A stretch of 64,000 nucleotides of DNA from Nitrospirales bacterium (GTDB lineage Bacteria; Nitrospirota; Nitrospiria; Nitrospirales; UBA8639), in the NCBI GenBank assembly GCA_965203295.1, contig CBDBCZ010000017.1, forward strand, positions 2,080,001 through 2,144,000, read 5' to 3'. Position 1 is the first letter of the stretch; every line of letters starts with the position of its first letter. A program made the translations under genes and the position numbers. The notes below the pieces were generated by a model. That model was not told where the DNA came from and did not search any database. It saw only the letters and a list, made by a program, of their open reading frames with translations. This document shows positions 13,201-29,144 of the stretch, one piece after another.

Positions 13201-15419
13201 GCAGGGAAGATAAACGGGGAGAGTATTGCACATTGCGTTCGGAAATGTAGTATGTAAGAAGGAATTAGATATTTGAAATAAGGTGATTGAAAAGGCTACT
13301 AAAGAAAGCAGAAAAGTTTTGGGCATTTTTTGGCAGTACTTCAAAGGGTAGTCGTAAGGGTATTGCTTTTTTGAGGAGCGTAACCAGTACTACGGGGAAG
13401 TTGGAAGTATTACGTGAGTAGCCTCGTTCCCAGGCTCTCTGTCTACATGCGAAAAAAAGCTGGACAGAGAGCCTGGGAACGAGGCTATTACGTGAGCATT
13501 ATGAAAGCATCTGTAGATGATCAGGTTGATGTAGCTGGAAAGAGCATGTAGAGCAGAAAGTAACAGTATAGTGAAATGTCTACAGGAGGATAAGGTTTGA
13601 TAGGGGGATTAATTTTGCAGATATTAAAAGTTTATATAGGCAGTGTGTGTATGTGGCAAAGAATGTGAGAGTGTAGTACACATTCAGTGAATTTGCAATC
13701 TCTACATTTTGAGAAGAAGCCACAGTTGCCCAGCAACCCTCATGTACCCTAGGGTACATGGATGTACCCAGGCTTGAAAGTTACCGCCCTAAGTACATGA
13801 GGTTTTTACACTATGAGGTTTGTACACTATGGCGGTGCCTTTCAAGTGACCTACAACTATGGTACAAGCCTTGTTGTATTGATTTGAGTTAGTATAATAG
13901 TTTTGACTGAAGAGCTAGACCTGTAAAATTTAATTAAGTCATCAATGGCTGACAGTTGCTCAGACATTGTAGGATATGTGGGCCTATACACTCCACACCC
14001 CCATGGAGGCTCAATACCGTAGTGACTGGTTAATAAGCGCACACAGCTATTAGGCGCATGTTTTATAACAAGCGCATACTTCCTTCCGGTCATTACGTAT
14101 TAGTTAATTGCCGCATGCGTTTGTTACACGTGTTAAAATCGCCGACGTGACGAAGTTAGTACTGTTTTTGCATGGATAATATATTACGTGTGTCACACGT
14201 AATATATTATCCATGGTTTTTACCAGCCGGAGCGCGCGTAGCGCGCGAACGGCTGGTACTAAGATTGCTTTACGTTTTCCGCGTTTGTTTGTTTGTTTGT
14301 TTGTTTGTTTGTCCGTTTGTTTGTGCGTCCGCACTTATCACGTGCGCAATATTATTACGTCATGCGTTACTATGCCACTGCAGTGTACAGTAGCGTTTGA
14401 AGGTTTGCAGGCCAAGCTACAGCAAATGAAGGTAGTTTTGTGTTGCCTAGATGGCGAAAACGTGGTAGGTAGCCGTGAAGATCCTGGTTTCTTGGCATAT
14501 AGCTACTAACTGGAGGCGCATGACGAAACTGCTGAGTCAGCACTTTCGCTGTACCGCTCTAGGAATATAGTTTCTCTGGCTCTACATCTGTAGTTTAGTA
14601 GCTTGGCCTAAGCTGAGTTGTGTGTATTGTACGGGAAAGGCGTCCGGTTGGTTTTTAGACATAAAATGTCAGACTTGTTGTGAGTGAGCTTGAGATCGAG
14701 ATCGAGATGGCACACGCAGAAGCACCTGTAACCCAACCGTCCCTTAAAGTGCCAAATCTTATGCGACAGTTCTCGAGGGACGTGGCCTACTGTCACCGCT
14801 CTAGGTTTCAAAAGGCACACAGCCACACAGCAAACCGATCATGTTCACTTTCCTCCTCACGTAAAAGTTCAAGTACCTCGCCAATAATAGGGGACCACAC
14901 TCTCTTATAGATATGGTAGCTGTGCACAACACTCTCGTGCAGGTACACACCTGTCAGACTCGCGCTCGCCATTGCCAATATCCACACGTCAATACTAATA
15001 GCGATAACTCATACCGGGTACCGCGATTACCGCTAGCAAGCGCTTACGTAATTACCGCTAATAGGCGCATACTGGCTAATAAGCGCGTGGTTTCTTACTG
15101 CTGACTGCGATAGGCGCATGCGCTTATTAACCAGTCACTACGGTATTTATAGAAGGTAACCCTATGTACGTGGAACAAACGTTTTTCTAACCCAGAGAGA
15201 TCTTTGATCATAAATTACTTTACAAAGTAATTAAAAACTGGGTCTGTTTCTTTGGCCTACGGCTTTGTATTCCTTTGTTATATACAATTGATGATCACTG
15301 TGGTTTCGTTTTCTTTATTCCAGGTTGACTCGACATACAAGTCACTCCTAGAAGATAGCAGTGTTGACTATATTCACAAGTTTAGAGAGCTTGCATCGAA
15401 AATGAACAGCCAATCTTGA
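1241..15419 (+). CDS. CRAMP1: Protein cramped-like (CRAMP1), 3' part; exons 1241-2150, 3394-3508, 4636-4764, 5124-5673, 6307-6560, 7324(or 7327)-7357, 8057-8118, 15324-15419 (TGA); 5' exons not identified, probably upstream of the window
   Basis: Eight AG/GT-bounded exons with compatible phases give one Ser/Thr-rich reading frame. KPRKAKVKK...RQLVPRPLL and the C-terminal VDSTYKSLLEDSSVDYIHKFRELA resemble motifs I recall from CRAMP1 (KPRK...QRTLLPRP; MNENSIDYISRFNDLA). Small extra exons are possible. Confidence 0.75.
2200..2763. mobile_element. Non-autonomous TIR element (MITE), CCGTAGACT-terminal family, TA-flanked (Tc1/mariner/pogo-like)
   Basis: Termini TA|CCGTAGACTCTGGTTAT ... ATAACCCAAGTCTACGG|TA; related copies at 11850-12466 and 33709-34265. 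Confidence 0.85.
2860..3050 (+). repeat. Dispersed repeat ending in a tRNA-Thr(AGT)-like sequence (2964-3040) and a T-run
   Basis: Homologous to 37850-38110 and 26300-26520; T-arm CTGGG TTCAATC CCCAG; anticodon loop CT AGT AC. Confidence 0.7.
3677..4325. mobile_element. MITE with CCGTAG termini, TA-flanked
   Basis: TA|CCGTAGTTCGGGAAATTTTC ... GAAAATTTCCCAATCTACGG|TA inverted termini. Confidence 0.8.
9340..12790 (+). mobile_element. Decayed, 5'-truncated non-LTR retrotransposon (LINE) ORF2: reverse transcriptase plus C-terminal Cys/His region, in the last CRAMP1 intron
   Basis: ORF fragments with GNYRGITLLNVVGKLF, EGQAGFR, GVAQGC..PILFSIFI, LMFADD, YLG, RPTFEYGSEVW and LCG..CESVVHMLWECPAY; many frameshifts and stops. 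Confidence 0.92.
11850..12466. mobile_element. MITE nested in the LINE
   Basis: CCGTAGACTCAGGTTATCA ... TGATAACCCGAGTCTACGG with TA on both sides; removing it restores the LINE frame CPAYDTIRNTFMEDL. Confidence 0.9.
13170..13690 (+). mobile_element. Second, internally deleted copy of the same LINE
   Basis: Aligns by eye to 9715-10160 and 11790-11818. Confidence 0.8.
13419..13487. mobile_element. 69-bp hairpin MITE of the abundant TAGCCTCGTTCCCAG family, 9-bp TSD
   Basis: TSD TTACGTGAG at 13410-13418 and 13488-13496; empty site visible in the other LINE copy near 9990. Confidence 0.9.
14017..15143. mobile_element. TA-flanked TIR element containing a nested repeat (about 14216-14690, also at 39860-40297 in reverse)
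   Basis: CCGTAGTGACTGGTTAATAAGCGCA ... TGCGCTTATTAACCAGTCACTACGG, a perfect 25-bp TIR. Confidence 0.88.
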
Positions 15420-16515
15420 GGCTATAGGATGCAACCTTGTTCTGTATTCATGTAGTCTCTCAATTGCACTTCTATGTGCTTACTAAGCACCTTCTAAAGT
15501 CCTTATCCTCTTCTAATCTGATCACTACTCAAGAACTTGACCCAAGGAATTGAAGTAGACTGTACTATGTGTTGTCATTTACAACTAGCTCTTACTACAT
15601 GTATTATTAACGGTACACTTATACTTCAGAAAGACATAATGCGTGTATGTTACATGGGTTCCAGCCTCAGATGGCTTTCATATTCAGCTAGTAGGCTAAG
15701 TAGCTTAATTTTTATCTCAAAGAAACTATGGGAGCCCATGCAGTATACGTACGCAGGTGATTATTACCTTTACCAACCAATGACGCATATATGCGTCATG
15801 AGCTCCCATAAGCCCATATGAATTTATATGGGGGTTTTAATACTAGGCGCTAATACTTTGTACAGGCTTTTCTGCTTCTTTAGGCTGTTTCTTATGGTTG
15901 GTAAAGGGTTAATTAATTAAACGATTTTGCACACATTACATGTAGTATTTTTTTAATTAACTGAAACTAAAAAAAAAGGGTTTTAGTAGGAGCATAAACG
16001 TAACTAAAACTAGAATTTCAAAGTTGTGAGCTAAACTAATATTCTTTTAGCCAAAATCAACCCTTTCAATTTTGGATAACTAGTATGGTATTTTAGTTAA
16101 AACTTTATCAAAAATAAATTTTATTATCCTAATAATGTGAAGCCATACTAAAACAACACTGATCTGTATATCGGCTTAGTGAACCCAGCCTTGTTCCCAG
16201 GCCCACACCATTTTCAGTTACACAAAAGCTGTCCTTTCCCTTTTTTGCAACTGAAAAAGTTGCAAGCCTAGAAACAAGGCTATAGGGAGCCCACTGCAGG
16301 TCTAAAATAGTCTTGTGCCCAGACCACATGGACTAGGTCTTTAATAAATAGAAACAGTGAGCATGCTTCGCACACAACATAAAGTATTTACATATGTCCT
16401 CTGTAGCCTAGCACTTGCTGCTTGCAATGTTAAGAGAAACAAGCAACAGCAAAAACTATGTACAGAGTGAAAAGCCTTCAGGGCTTGTGTGTATTCACAG
16501 ATCACTACTACTCAC

Positions 16516-19013
<2,498 letters not shown>

Positions 19014-19093
19014 CTACTCACGGCGCGTCACCACTTGCATTGTGATAATCGCAATGATAATCACAGTTGAATGCAACATCAGAGGCGTGGCCT

Positions 19094-19107
19094 GTTGCTA
19101 TAGTTTG
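19094..19107 (+). promoter_or_regulatory. Possible RFX X-box (partial match) upstream of the ciliary gene CEP41
   Basis: GTTGCTATAG about 40 bp upstream of the ATG; matches the left part of the GTTGCYATGGCAAC consensus only. Confidence 0.35.
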
Positions 19108-19137
19108 CTGCGCTGCACTGCACTGACAAAGCAAAGA

Positions 19138-22100
19138 ATGTCCAGAACAGCGTCTAGTAGAAAAGCAGATGTGAGTTTTTTTATTGAATATAGCAACTGG
19201 TATCAAGATTGGCACTACCAAATTTATCTCATCTCACTGCACACTATTACTGCACTGTGCATGGGGGGGGTAAACATAATTTATTTTATGACCTAGTCAG
19301 CCCCTTATCAAGGCTTACTAACTAGGTGTAGTCCCTAAAGGTAGGCTAGTGCACTACTACCCACGGTGCCTGTTTCGTTGGACTAGCTTCAAGTGTAGTC
19401 TCCTGCTGGATTTATACCCATTTCGTCTAATCCCATTTTGTCTAACAAATGTGCACATGTCCCATTTTGTCTAAAAAAAAACAAGAGTGAGGAAATGTGA
19501 CTGTCTAAACAGGCCACATGGAAAAAGGGTCTGGGAACATGATGTGACGTTTCTGCTGCAGCCACACCTGTGGCACAGAATGAACTTGAAATAACAAATT
19601 ACGTCCCAGACCGCTCGTTTTCCGCATGGTCTGGTCACGAGACTTGAGACTATTTTTGAAAGTGAAAATCTATTATACCAGTCTCACTTGCACTAGCACT
19701 ATACATGTAAGTAAAATACAGATTTGCTAGTTCTCTGAGCTGCTTGCAGTTCTTCTAGAACCTACCACTTATTTGCCACTAGTAGAACGCTGTCATCACA
19801 GGGTCATGACATGTGCAAGTATATTTACACCTCTAATGGCTCACCACTGCCTCATAATTTGTGGGGCTGCTTATACTTGTCTAGCTTCATTAGTCACTAA
19901 TTCATCCTGTGAATTAAGTTGTAGTTTTTCATTACCACTTCACTACATGTACTCAAGATACCTTGCTGTTACATGTATGTTTACAGTTTACTAGTATGAG
20001 GCTGCAACTTGATATGTGGCTTGTGGCTACTAAGGCATACGTAGATCTACTGGTAAGCCAGGTGCATACAGCTGCTTATTCCGTGGATATAGGTATTGCT
20101 AAAAGACTAATGATTACGCATATGCCTGCTTCCACCATATCTAAGTAAGTTGTTTATGCCGTGCATAATATTCGTAGCCGTACTGCATTAAATGTTTGGA
20201 CGATACCAATATAATAAGAAAGAACCTGGTCCTGTATGACATGAGTGTGCATGTTGAATACTGTGCATATGCTACTAGTAACTATATATATCTCTCAACT
20301 GCTGTCATTGAGTGTGCATGTTGAATGTTGTGTTTATGCTACTAGTAACTGTATATCTCTCAACTGCAGCCATTGAGTAAGAAGATACCAGAGAATCCGA
20401 AGTACAAGCATGTCAAATCTGCCATTGATACAGGTACAGACTAGTTGTTGCATGTCTATAATATTATATTGTACAATGTTTTTTTTAGTGTACATGTGTC
20501 ATAGACATTTTACTCAAACTTACTCTAGGTGCCAGTGTAAGTAAGTACCTGGAACATGTGGATGAGATAAGGAAAAGTAAGTCAAACACTGTGTGCAGGG
20601 CAAACTGTTCTTTGCTGCATGTACTGTACTGTAGGTAATTAGTGCTCATGCTGCAGTCAGCCAAGTAACACTGCTGACTACTATGTGTACATACACATTT
20701 ACAAAACCTGCACCTATTTTAAACAGATTATCGCTACCGCAAGGATGAGATTTTCAAGCGATTGAAAGTGACAACATTTGCACAACTGGTAATGCTTTTA
20801 CATATATGTACATGTAGGAGCAGTTATTAAATTCACTCCAACTGGTGTTGCAGGTACTGCAAGTCGCTGGAAGTGAAGATGCAAGCTCAGTGGTAGAACT
20901 GCCCTCTTTTGGTTTTGGTAGGTACATGCAGATGTATAGTATGTTGCTTTACAACACCCTCACGAATTATCATAAATGTTCACATGTAGACTTTCATGAA
21001 GCTTCACGAAGGATGGTTATTTACATGAAACTTCAGCCCAGCCTTGCGAAGGATAGTTTACATAATACCTAAACTTCGACGATGTGTGCATGTGTTTCTC
21101 AAAGGATGGTTTTACATCGTACACAGTTGCAAGCATTTTCATTATTTTCCTGAACTTCATGAGGGCTTGTGAATGACTTAGTGAATGATTTGAGCTTCAC
21201 AAACCTTTCACGAAAGCTTACGATTATCTTGCAAAGACAACATACTGTATGGATAATTTAGCTCGGTCTGTATATAATATCACACCAACTAACAGCTGCT
21301 AACTATGTGGTGGTGATACATGTAAATCAAGTGCATGAAGTCTGTGGAGAAATGGCAATGTCATCTGTATGTCTCAAGGGTGTGATCCTGTTACTTCCTC
21401 CTTCAATCAGATTTTTGAAGCTTAGGTTGTGTAGCAGAGGTTTAGAGGTACACATTCTATACCTTTAGGAGTTGCAGGGTCCCCATGCAGGAAAGGCTAT
21501 CCTGGGACAAGATCCATTGTTATACGTGTAGCATTCCTGGTCCAGTATTCACTTGTACTCAAGGCACATGTGCAATGTCATAGCCTTTGCCCAAGTTACA
21601 ACTCTGCATTTTTTGAGGTGTTTTTCACTATGTATTGTTACATCCATTTCCACAGATGATTCTATTTCCCCAGTGAGCTCTCCTACGCGTAGTTCTATGG
21701 AGTCCCCTCCCGGTACTGCCAGATCTACTTTATCAAGGTATTGTGTTAATGTGTACTGCATACAATCGTTATGTAGAGATGCAGTATTCAGTACATATGT
21801 GCATGTAGTACATGTAGGTGCAATACGAAGCATTGTGAGGCAAGCGTGAACGAGCCCTTGCCCCATTGCAGTATGGCTTGTCAATGGCAGATGTGTCTAT
21901 GGTAGCTAGAAGCTTAAGGCGTGCCCCCTCCCTCATGTATAGCTTGTTGGCGACCTGGATACATGGTACCTAGCTCTCCTCTGTTGGCATCGCTGGAGCC
22001 TGATCTCACTGCAGTCTAGTGATAGCCCATAGGCAGCAGTGGTGGGGGGCCCCAGGACAGTTGCCCCTACAAAACTCAGTGTGAGTGTGTGCCACCACAA

Positions 22101-25100
22101 GGGCTAACTGTAGCATGGCAAGTCGTTAATTGTGTTTTTGCTGAGATGCAACACTTACAGATGTCACTGCAGCAGCTAGGAAGCTTTGAATGTGCAGAAA
22201 ACCCAGGTACGATACGCTATATTGATCATTAGCTTGCGTGCGTATGCTATTGCTTGTAGCTGCACTGGCCACATTCATTACATTTTTTAGTGTGTCCCCC
22301 CACCCCCCTCATGCTTCAAACAGCCTCCTCCACCTGTGTAGTCACCCTCTCCTAGTCGTGCAGGTACATGTACAAGAATAGGTTTGGCCATGTGAGAAAT
22401 TGGATCACGGATATGTACTGTGTGGACCATGCATGCAGACAAAAATCTCAATTGAACGGAGTAGTGTGGGACTCACTCACGTTTGCCCAATAATTGTTTC
22501 CTGCGTTTGGACATGTACACTACTGAGAGTTTCATTTAATTATGATGCACAAACAATAACTGTTACTACAAGTACTTGCACTCGCACAAGTACTTGTGCT
22601 TGTTCAACTCGCTCGCTTCGCTTGCTCTGTACATACAGAAATGAAAAGTGTCATCTACATGTGATTTGCATAGAGCATTTTAGCCAATGGCAGCAGTGCT
22701 TATGACTGAGCCACATGTAGCTAGCTCCACATTCAGACCTCAGTGTTGAAAATTGACTCTATCGCAGTGCAGTATGAGAGAAAGTGCGCATGTATAGTAC
22801 GTGTAAGCTTACACTACATCTCTTTTAAAAGCCAAAATTATGTATTATGTCCATGTATATAATATGTAATGTCTATGTAGTATACATGTAGCTATCGTAT
22901 GGAATGTTGAGCGCCTGCCAGTGGCAGTAGCCTAATCGAGACTTTAGTGTCCCTGATGGTTTTCCGCCAGAGCCATGTGGAGGCAGTAACTCAAAGGAGA
23001 GACTGCAAAAGATTACAAAATAATAAGACCAAAGCCTAGCTCTTTACAGCCATGCCCCAGATTTAAGCGAATGGAAATGACTCCATTTAATGCACATCAT
23101 CGTAGTCTGTCTAGCGCAGGTCTAGCGTAGCAGTTACAGCTGTGCACGGTTTGCACTTACTGTACATACGCCACTAACCTTTGTGATAGAGCGCGCTCGA
23201 ATTGCTCATTTGAGGCCATCATGATAATACTGTCGGCTATCTAGCGTCCCAACGCATGCAGCGGTCAAGTTTCTAAGTACTCATATGATGACATCACAGT
23301 CTTCTCACGTATTCTTGTGCAATCGAGGGTCATTAGTAGACGTCATGTCCGTTACACACGCACACACACACACACGCACAGACAGACAGAAGTAACACTA
23401 AAATATTGATATGTAACAGTAATGAATCTGCAAATGTGTGACCTGCATTTGAGATATGTATCCTGTTACTATAGTAGTAGTGAAGTAAAATTTTTGATAC
23501 ACGTTCAATTTGACAAAACAGGCTTAAGGATTTTGTACCCAGGTCAGTAATAATCATTTTTTTCTTGACTAATGTTTCAGAGCCATAGATCCATATCTTG
23601 TAGGGTACATACGTGTAGCTTCATTCCCAGTCTGCATATGAATTTGAGTGTCTGGTCCAGGAGCACCTGGGAATGAGCTGGTTGTAGGGTAGCACAAAGC
23701 CTCACTCACAGGGCACAGAAAGGGAGCATAATGCCAGTTAGAAGGGTTTTTTTTTTTTAATTGGTGATGTTGCATTAAAGGCCTTCTCTGTGGATGCAGC
23801 AAATCACCATGCATGTACGTATTTCCTGGTTGTTGACTGTTTACACATACAGTACTTATCTGCTTGAAGAAATTTTTCTTTGATAGTATCGTGGCAGGTG
23901 TTGGTGAATTGGATGTAGGAATGTCAGAGGCAGTGTCCCCCCCTCCTCCTCCTACCTCTCCTCTCTGTCCCTATCTGCTACTGGATGTCAGAGACAAGGA
24001 TGACTATGACCGCTGCCATGTTATCTCCGGTGTGTAGTGGTCTTCAACGTTTTAAATGTGTAGTGTGTGAATAAGGTTTATTATTACGTTTTAGCTGAAA
24101 GTCACTACACCATACCTTTTTTGTTGAGATCCTGCCAGCTCTAGGTCAACTGTCTTCACATTAATGTTAGTGTTTGTGAAGCAAACTGTGTAAACTTAGC
24201 TATTGTTTTAGTTCTCAGCTGCGTGTAGTATCGGTGTCATGTTGAGACAACGTTTCTCTGGACCACAGCTAAAAGCTATCCAGCGACGATGCTGTCAAGA
24301 TCGTGCAACTACTTCACAAGGGATATACTGGAATATGTATCCTAAATGTTTGTTTTAGTCATTATAGCTAACTTTCATAGATCACTGGTTGAATAATGTT
24401 TGCTTCCGGCCTGTATGTAAACAAGGCCAAGAAGATATACCACCTACTGTGAAGGAGGTTTTTGGGATATATTGCGAGGGGTATATGCCCATAAACCTCT
24501 GGTATAGCAATAATACACCGATTGGACATGGTTCATATTTTATATATCGTGTTGAATTTTGATAAGGTTTGCTACATGATATATCTCATAGTGATGATGT
24601 CATCATAGGAGCTTAAGTACAGTAGCTGGGTATGATATTAGCCATATCAACCTATACTCGGGTTTGAATTCATATCATTACATTATGATTGAAGCATCAA
24701 TATAACAGCATGACTGATGCATGATACATTGGGAAATTTAGCCCTTGAGCTACTCAGCTCAGCTAGCTAACTCACTGACGCTCAGCTACTCGTCTTCTTA
24801 GTTCTTTCGAAGGGCACAGGTATCTGAGCATGCGCAGTCTTGAATGACATCATCGCTATGAGATATATTATATGAAGCATAGGAGTATATGGTTGGTATA
24901 CTAAATATACGTCCTCGGTCCGCGGGCGTTTCCGATATTGACCTCGGCGCTACGCGCCTCGGTCAATATCGGACACGCCCTTGGACCTCAGTCGTATATT
25001 TAGCATACCAACCTAACTCCTATGCTATATATATTACATATAACATGTCCAATCCGTGAATATCATTGCTATACCACCTGCTGGTGTTTGGAGGTTTCTG

Positions 25101-27741
25101 GGAATATACCCCTCGGGCCTCCGGCCCTTGCGGTATATTCCCAAATACCTCCTACACAGCAGGTGGTATATCACTGATATACACCTCCTGGCCATGATAT
25201 ATATATTACGTACTCTCTAAACACACACATCACTGTTTGACCTCTGCTTAGCCCCGTTCCCTGGTCACACAACCTGGGCACGAAGCTAACCTCTACTGTA
25301 ATTTTATGCGATTCCTTGGTTCTTGCTGCTCATAATATATTCTGATGTATTTGTTGTGTGATTGTCACAGGACTACTGCATTCTGTCCAGTGACAATACT
25401 GCCGAGTCAGCAATAACCAAATGAAAGTCACCATATGGTACAACCAGTATCACAAAGTCTGGGCTGTCCTTATCCAAATCATATTGTACATGTAGTATGC
25501 GTTGCGACAAAAAGATACCTGCGCTTTTAATAACTGTTACACTGTGAGCTATCTTTGACTTGTGATGTGCAGAAAAACAAGCCTGGAAGGATTATCATTT
25601 TATATGATGAGGATGAGAGAATTGCACCACAGGCTGCGACGACTTTTGTGCAGCGGGAAGTGGACAATGTCTTCATGCTGTCAGGTGGTGAGTACCTCAA
25701 TAGTCTATTTTGAATGCTGCTCTACATTGGTTACATATAACTGAAGGATAAACTTAATCTTTCAACAAACATGTATATAATATGTCACAATTTATGTATG
25801 AACGAAAAAACTACATCACTGTAGGGTTAAAGGTCACCTATAAGACATTTCCCAAAGGCATGATCTCTGGCCCAGTTCCTGCTTCATGCATCCAATCCCC
25901 CCCTGGATCTGCACGCAAGAAGACGTCATCTACTCCTTTGCCTCCTGGCCAGGGAGCAGGAATCAGTACAGCCTTGACTGCTGGCAGAAATAAATTTACC
26001 AGTGAAGGTACATGAACGCAGTGGTAAACTAGGAACCAGCTGGGCAGGAGTGTGTCAGCCATGCATATATCTACTTCCATTGTATAGTCAGCGGAAGTTT
26101 GCACATATGGATAGTATCACATGCCTTATTCCCTCAATGCCAACTGGGTTTCAAACACTTTAGTTTCAGAAATGTCTTTGACTTGTCTTGATTGTAGCTA
26201 AAGTATGCCCTCTCAAAGGTACAGACCACTTTTGAGTTTGCTAAGTAGTTTTTATTTCTGTATCTTTGGTGGTTTAATTACTCCGGCAGTCTGATCCAGG
26301 CTAAGTTTGGGTGTAGCGTGTTCATTGTGTTTAGGAGATGGGGGAAGAGGCCTAATGAGAGAGTGATTATCGTTGGAATTGGCTGGGTACTACTGGCAAG
26401 TGCTACTAGCGGGTTTAGTGGCTATATAAAGCTGCTCCTCTGCCAAGGGGCTTCAGTAGCTCAATTGGTAAGAGAGAAGGTGTTTTTTTTTCTTTTCGGG
26501 ATTTCTTTACTCTCTCAGAAAGCTTGAAGAGTTTGCATTTACTATCCCCCTTTGCAGATCTTCAACTGTTACAGAATAACCTTGATGAAGCTCTTACTAG
26601 TAAGTTTACGCATAACTAAGATGTCACATAATGCCAGCATTTCCTGCATTTACATGTTGTTGTATGTGTTGTATGATGTTGATGCCATGTAACTTTCAAT
26701 TAGTGGTAGTTAGAACTTAGAACATGCCAATTAAGGCAGTCAGCTGTAGTGGTAGCAAGCGACAAAAGCTGTGTGGAGGCCTGGGAACGAGGCTACTGTA
26801 GTGGTGCCTTTGATTTGCACATGTATGGCTGTCATGCTACAAACCAGCTAAACCACCCCCTGGACACATTTACCTGTAATACACTGGACAGTTCTGGATA
26901 AACCCCTCGGGCTTTGCCGGTGGAGGGGGGGGGGGGGGGTTACCTGGAACTGTCTCGTGTATTACTGGCAAACACATCTAGGGGGTGATTTAACTATAAT
27001 ATGGAACAGGGATAATAGTATGACCTAACTACATACCCTGGGCAAGCTACAACAGGAAGCTGTTGCCACAATTATGTAATGCCAATACTATATCAGAAAC
27101 ATTTTCGGCACCCCTCATAATAATTTAAGCGGTTACTGATTCAGAAAATGGGTACCACTTTTCAGTCTACAGTATTACCTAGACATCACTACTCTGTGAG
27201 CACAATTGGAGAAGAAGGACACTTAATTCTGGAGAAGTACTCACGTCTCTCTTTTAGAGATGAATTCCCTTCTGTAAAGAATGCCTGCCATAGGTGCTCT
27301 TCCTTAGATTCCAGTCTACAGTATTACCTAGACATCACTACTCTGTGAGCACAATTGGAGAAGAAGGACACTTAATTCTGGAGAAGTACTCACGTCTCTC
27401 TTTTAGAGATGAATTCCCTTCTGTAAAGAATGCCTGCCATAGGTGCTCTTCCTTAGATTCCTGTTACAGTATATCATTTCGCATGTAGCATTCCTGGTAA
27501 ACCCTGTGAGCTAATGACTGGAGAGTTGAAACGTATATTGATTGTGACATACGTTGTGTGTACAAGCCAGTTCGTCTTGAAGATCAACTATATGCCCAAG
27601 TATCTTTCTCTTTGTCCTTCAGGTTCTCGTGCCAGCAGTCGGGCCACTACTAGTGCCAGTAATAGGACCACAACTAGTGCTAGCAGCAGGGCCACCAGTA
27701 GAATGGAAAGTCGGGCTGTTTCCACCAGACCTTGGAAATGA
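19138..27741 (+). CDS. CEP41: Centrosomal protein of 41 kDa (rhodanese-like domain), 340 aa; exons 19138-19170, 20370-20433, 20529-20576, 20727-20788, 20854-20917, 21656-21737, 23887-24029, 24269-24336, 25573-25687, 25825-26007, 26558-26599, 27623-27741
   Basis: Phase-compatible GT-AG exons translate to [106 protein letters not shown], matching CEP41 as I recall it. Confidence 0.96.
24425..25195. mobile_element. TIR element with an internal palindromic insert, in a CEP41 intron
   Basis: ATATACCACCTACTGTGAAGGAGGTTTTTGGGATATA is the imperfect inverted repeat of TATATTCCCAAATACCTCCTACACAGCAGGTGGTATAT; internal hairpin CCGATATTGACC...GGTCAATATCGG near 24932-24972. Confidence 0.65.
26300..26520 (+). 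repeat. Internally deleted copy of the TATA + tRNA-like repeat
   Basis: Same leader as 37850-38110; the tRNA-like part is cut after the D arm. Confidence 0.7.
27163..27460. repeat. Tandem duplication, 2 x 149 bp, in the last CEP41 intron
   Basis: 27163-27311 and 27312-27460 appear identical by eye. Confidence 0.92.
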
Positions 27742-28439
27742 ACATGCACAATGAATTAGCCTGCACAAGTGAAGAAATGTTGTGCTATATTATATTGTTC
27801 ACCTTCACATATTACTAAGTTACTGTTATTGTCAATGGACACACTTGTACGTATAAACTATGTTTTATTTTTACCAGTGTCTCACTTCTGTAAATACAGG
27901 TAATAATAGAAACTACAAGGGGTGTATATAGGAAATGATTGATGCCACAACTAGGCAGATAAATTGCAATGCACTACTGCAGTGCGGAGATTATTACATT
28001 CTGATAGAATTGGACTCATTTAGATGTAGACAGGAGCTTAATCCGGTACAGATATGTATTATGATTGTGACATTGGGTTAGACACAAACTTCATTTATAA
28101 TTCGGATACAGACATTTAGTAGACATGATACAGACTCGAACTTCGGATACGGAGATTTTGGACATATTTTACTGATTTCGATATCGACATTCTCCTTCAG
28201 CTGGAAAATAATTTGCTACCTTGTGGTGGTATAATTTGGATGCTGAGATAATTGTGGTGGTATAATTTGGATGCTGAGAGATTACTACTAGACAATGAGT
28301 GGGAAGTGAAGCCGTGTAGAGGTGGGCAGAGGAAGACCTGGAGGAAAGTAATCAGTGAATAATTGTTGCTGCAGTTAAATCTACGTACTATAATCCATAA
28401 CAGGAGCAATCAAAGTGTCATAATATTATAGGTATGTAT

Positions 28440-28740
28440 AAGTGTCATAACTATGTCCACCCAATGCCTTGGCTTTACTTATTAAACAACCTAATGCATA
28501 ACGAGCAGCTAAGTTTACTCTGGCAACCATTTCTTTAGTGTCAAGGTATTGATTAATCCACAGCCGTAAGTACTTGTATTCATTTCAATATTGTATTTGA
28601 TTATTCCCACATTTAAAAACAAAGGAAGACTGTGTTTGTCTTTTATGCCTAATGTGCATCACCTTTGTTTTCTGCAAATTAAATTGAATACCGTTCTGAC
28701 TGCACCAACTAAATGTCATACCTATGAGGGCTTGTAACTT
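28440..28740 (-). mobile_element. LINE ORF2 fragment (thumb region downstream of the RT core)
   Basis: Translation WCSQNGIQFNLQKTKVMHIRHK..FKCGNNQIQY*..YKYL is typical of LINE RT C-terminal sequence. Confidence 0.7.
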
Positions 28741-28827
28741 TTGTGGATTGGAATCTACATGTACATGTATCAGAACAATGCAAACACACACAAACACACT
28801 AACTGGTAATGAGAATTGTGTTAGCAA

Positions 28828-29144
<317 letters not shown>

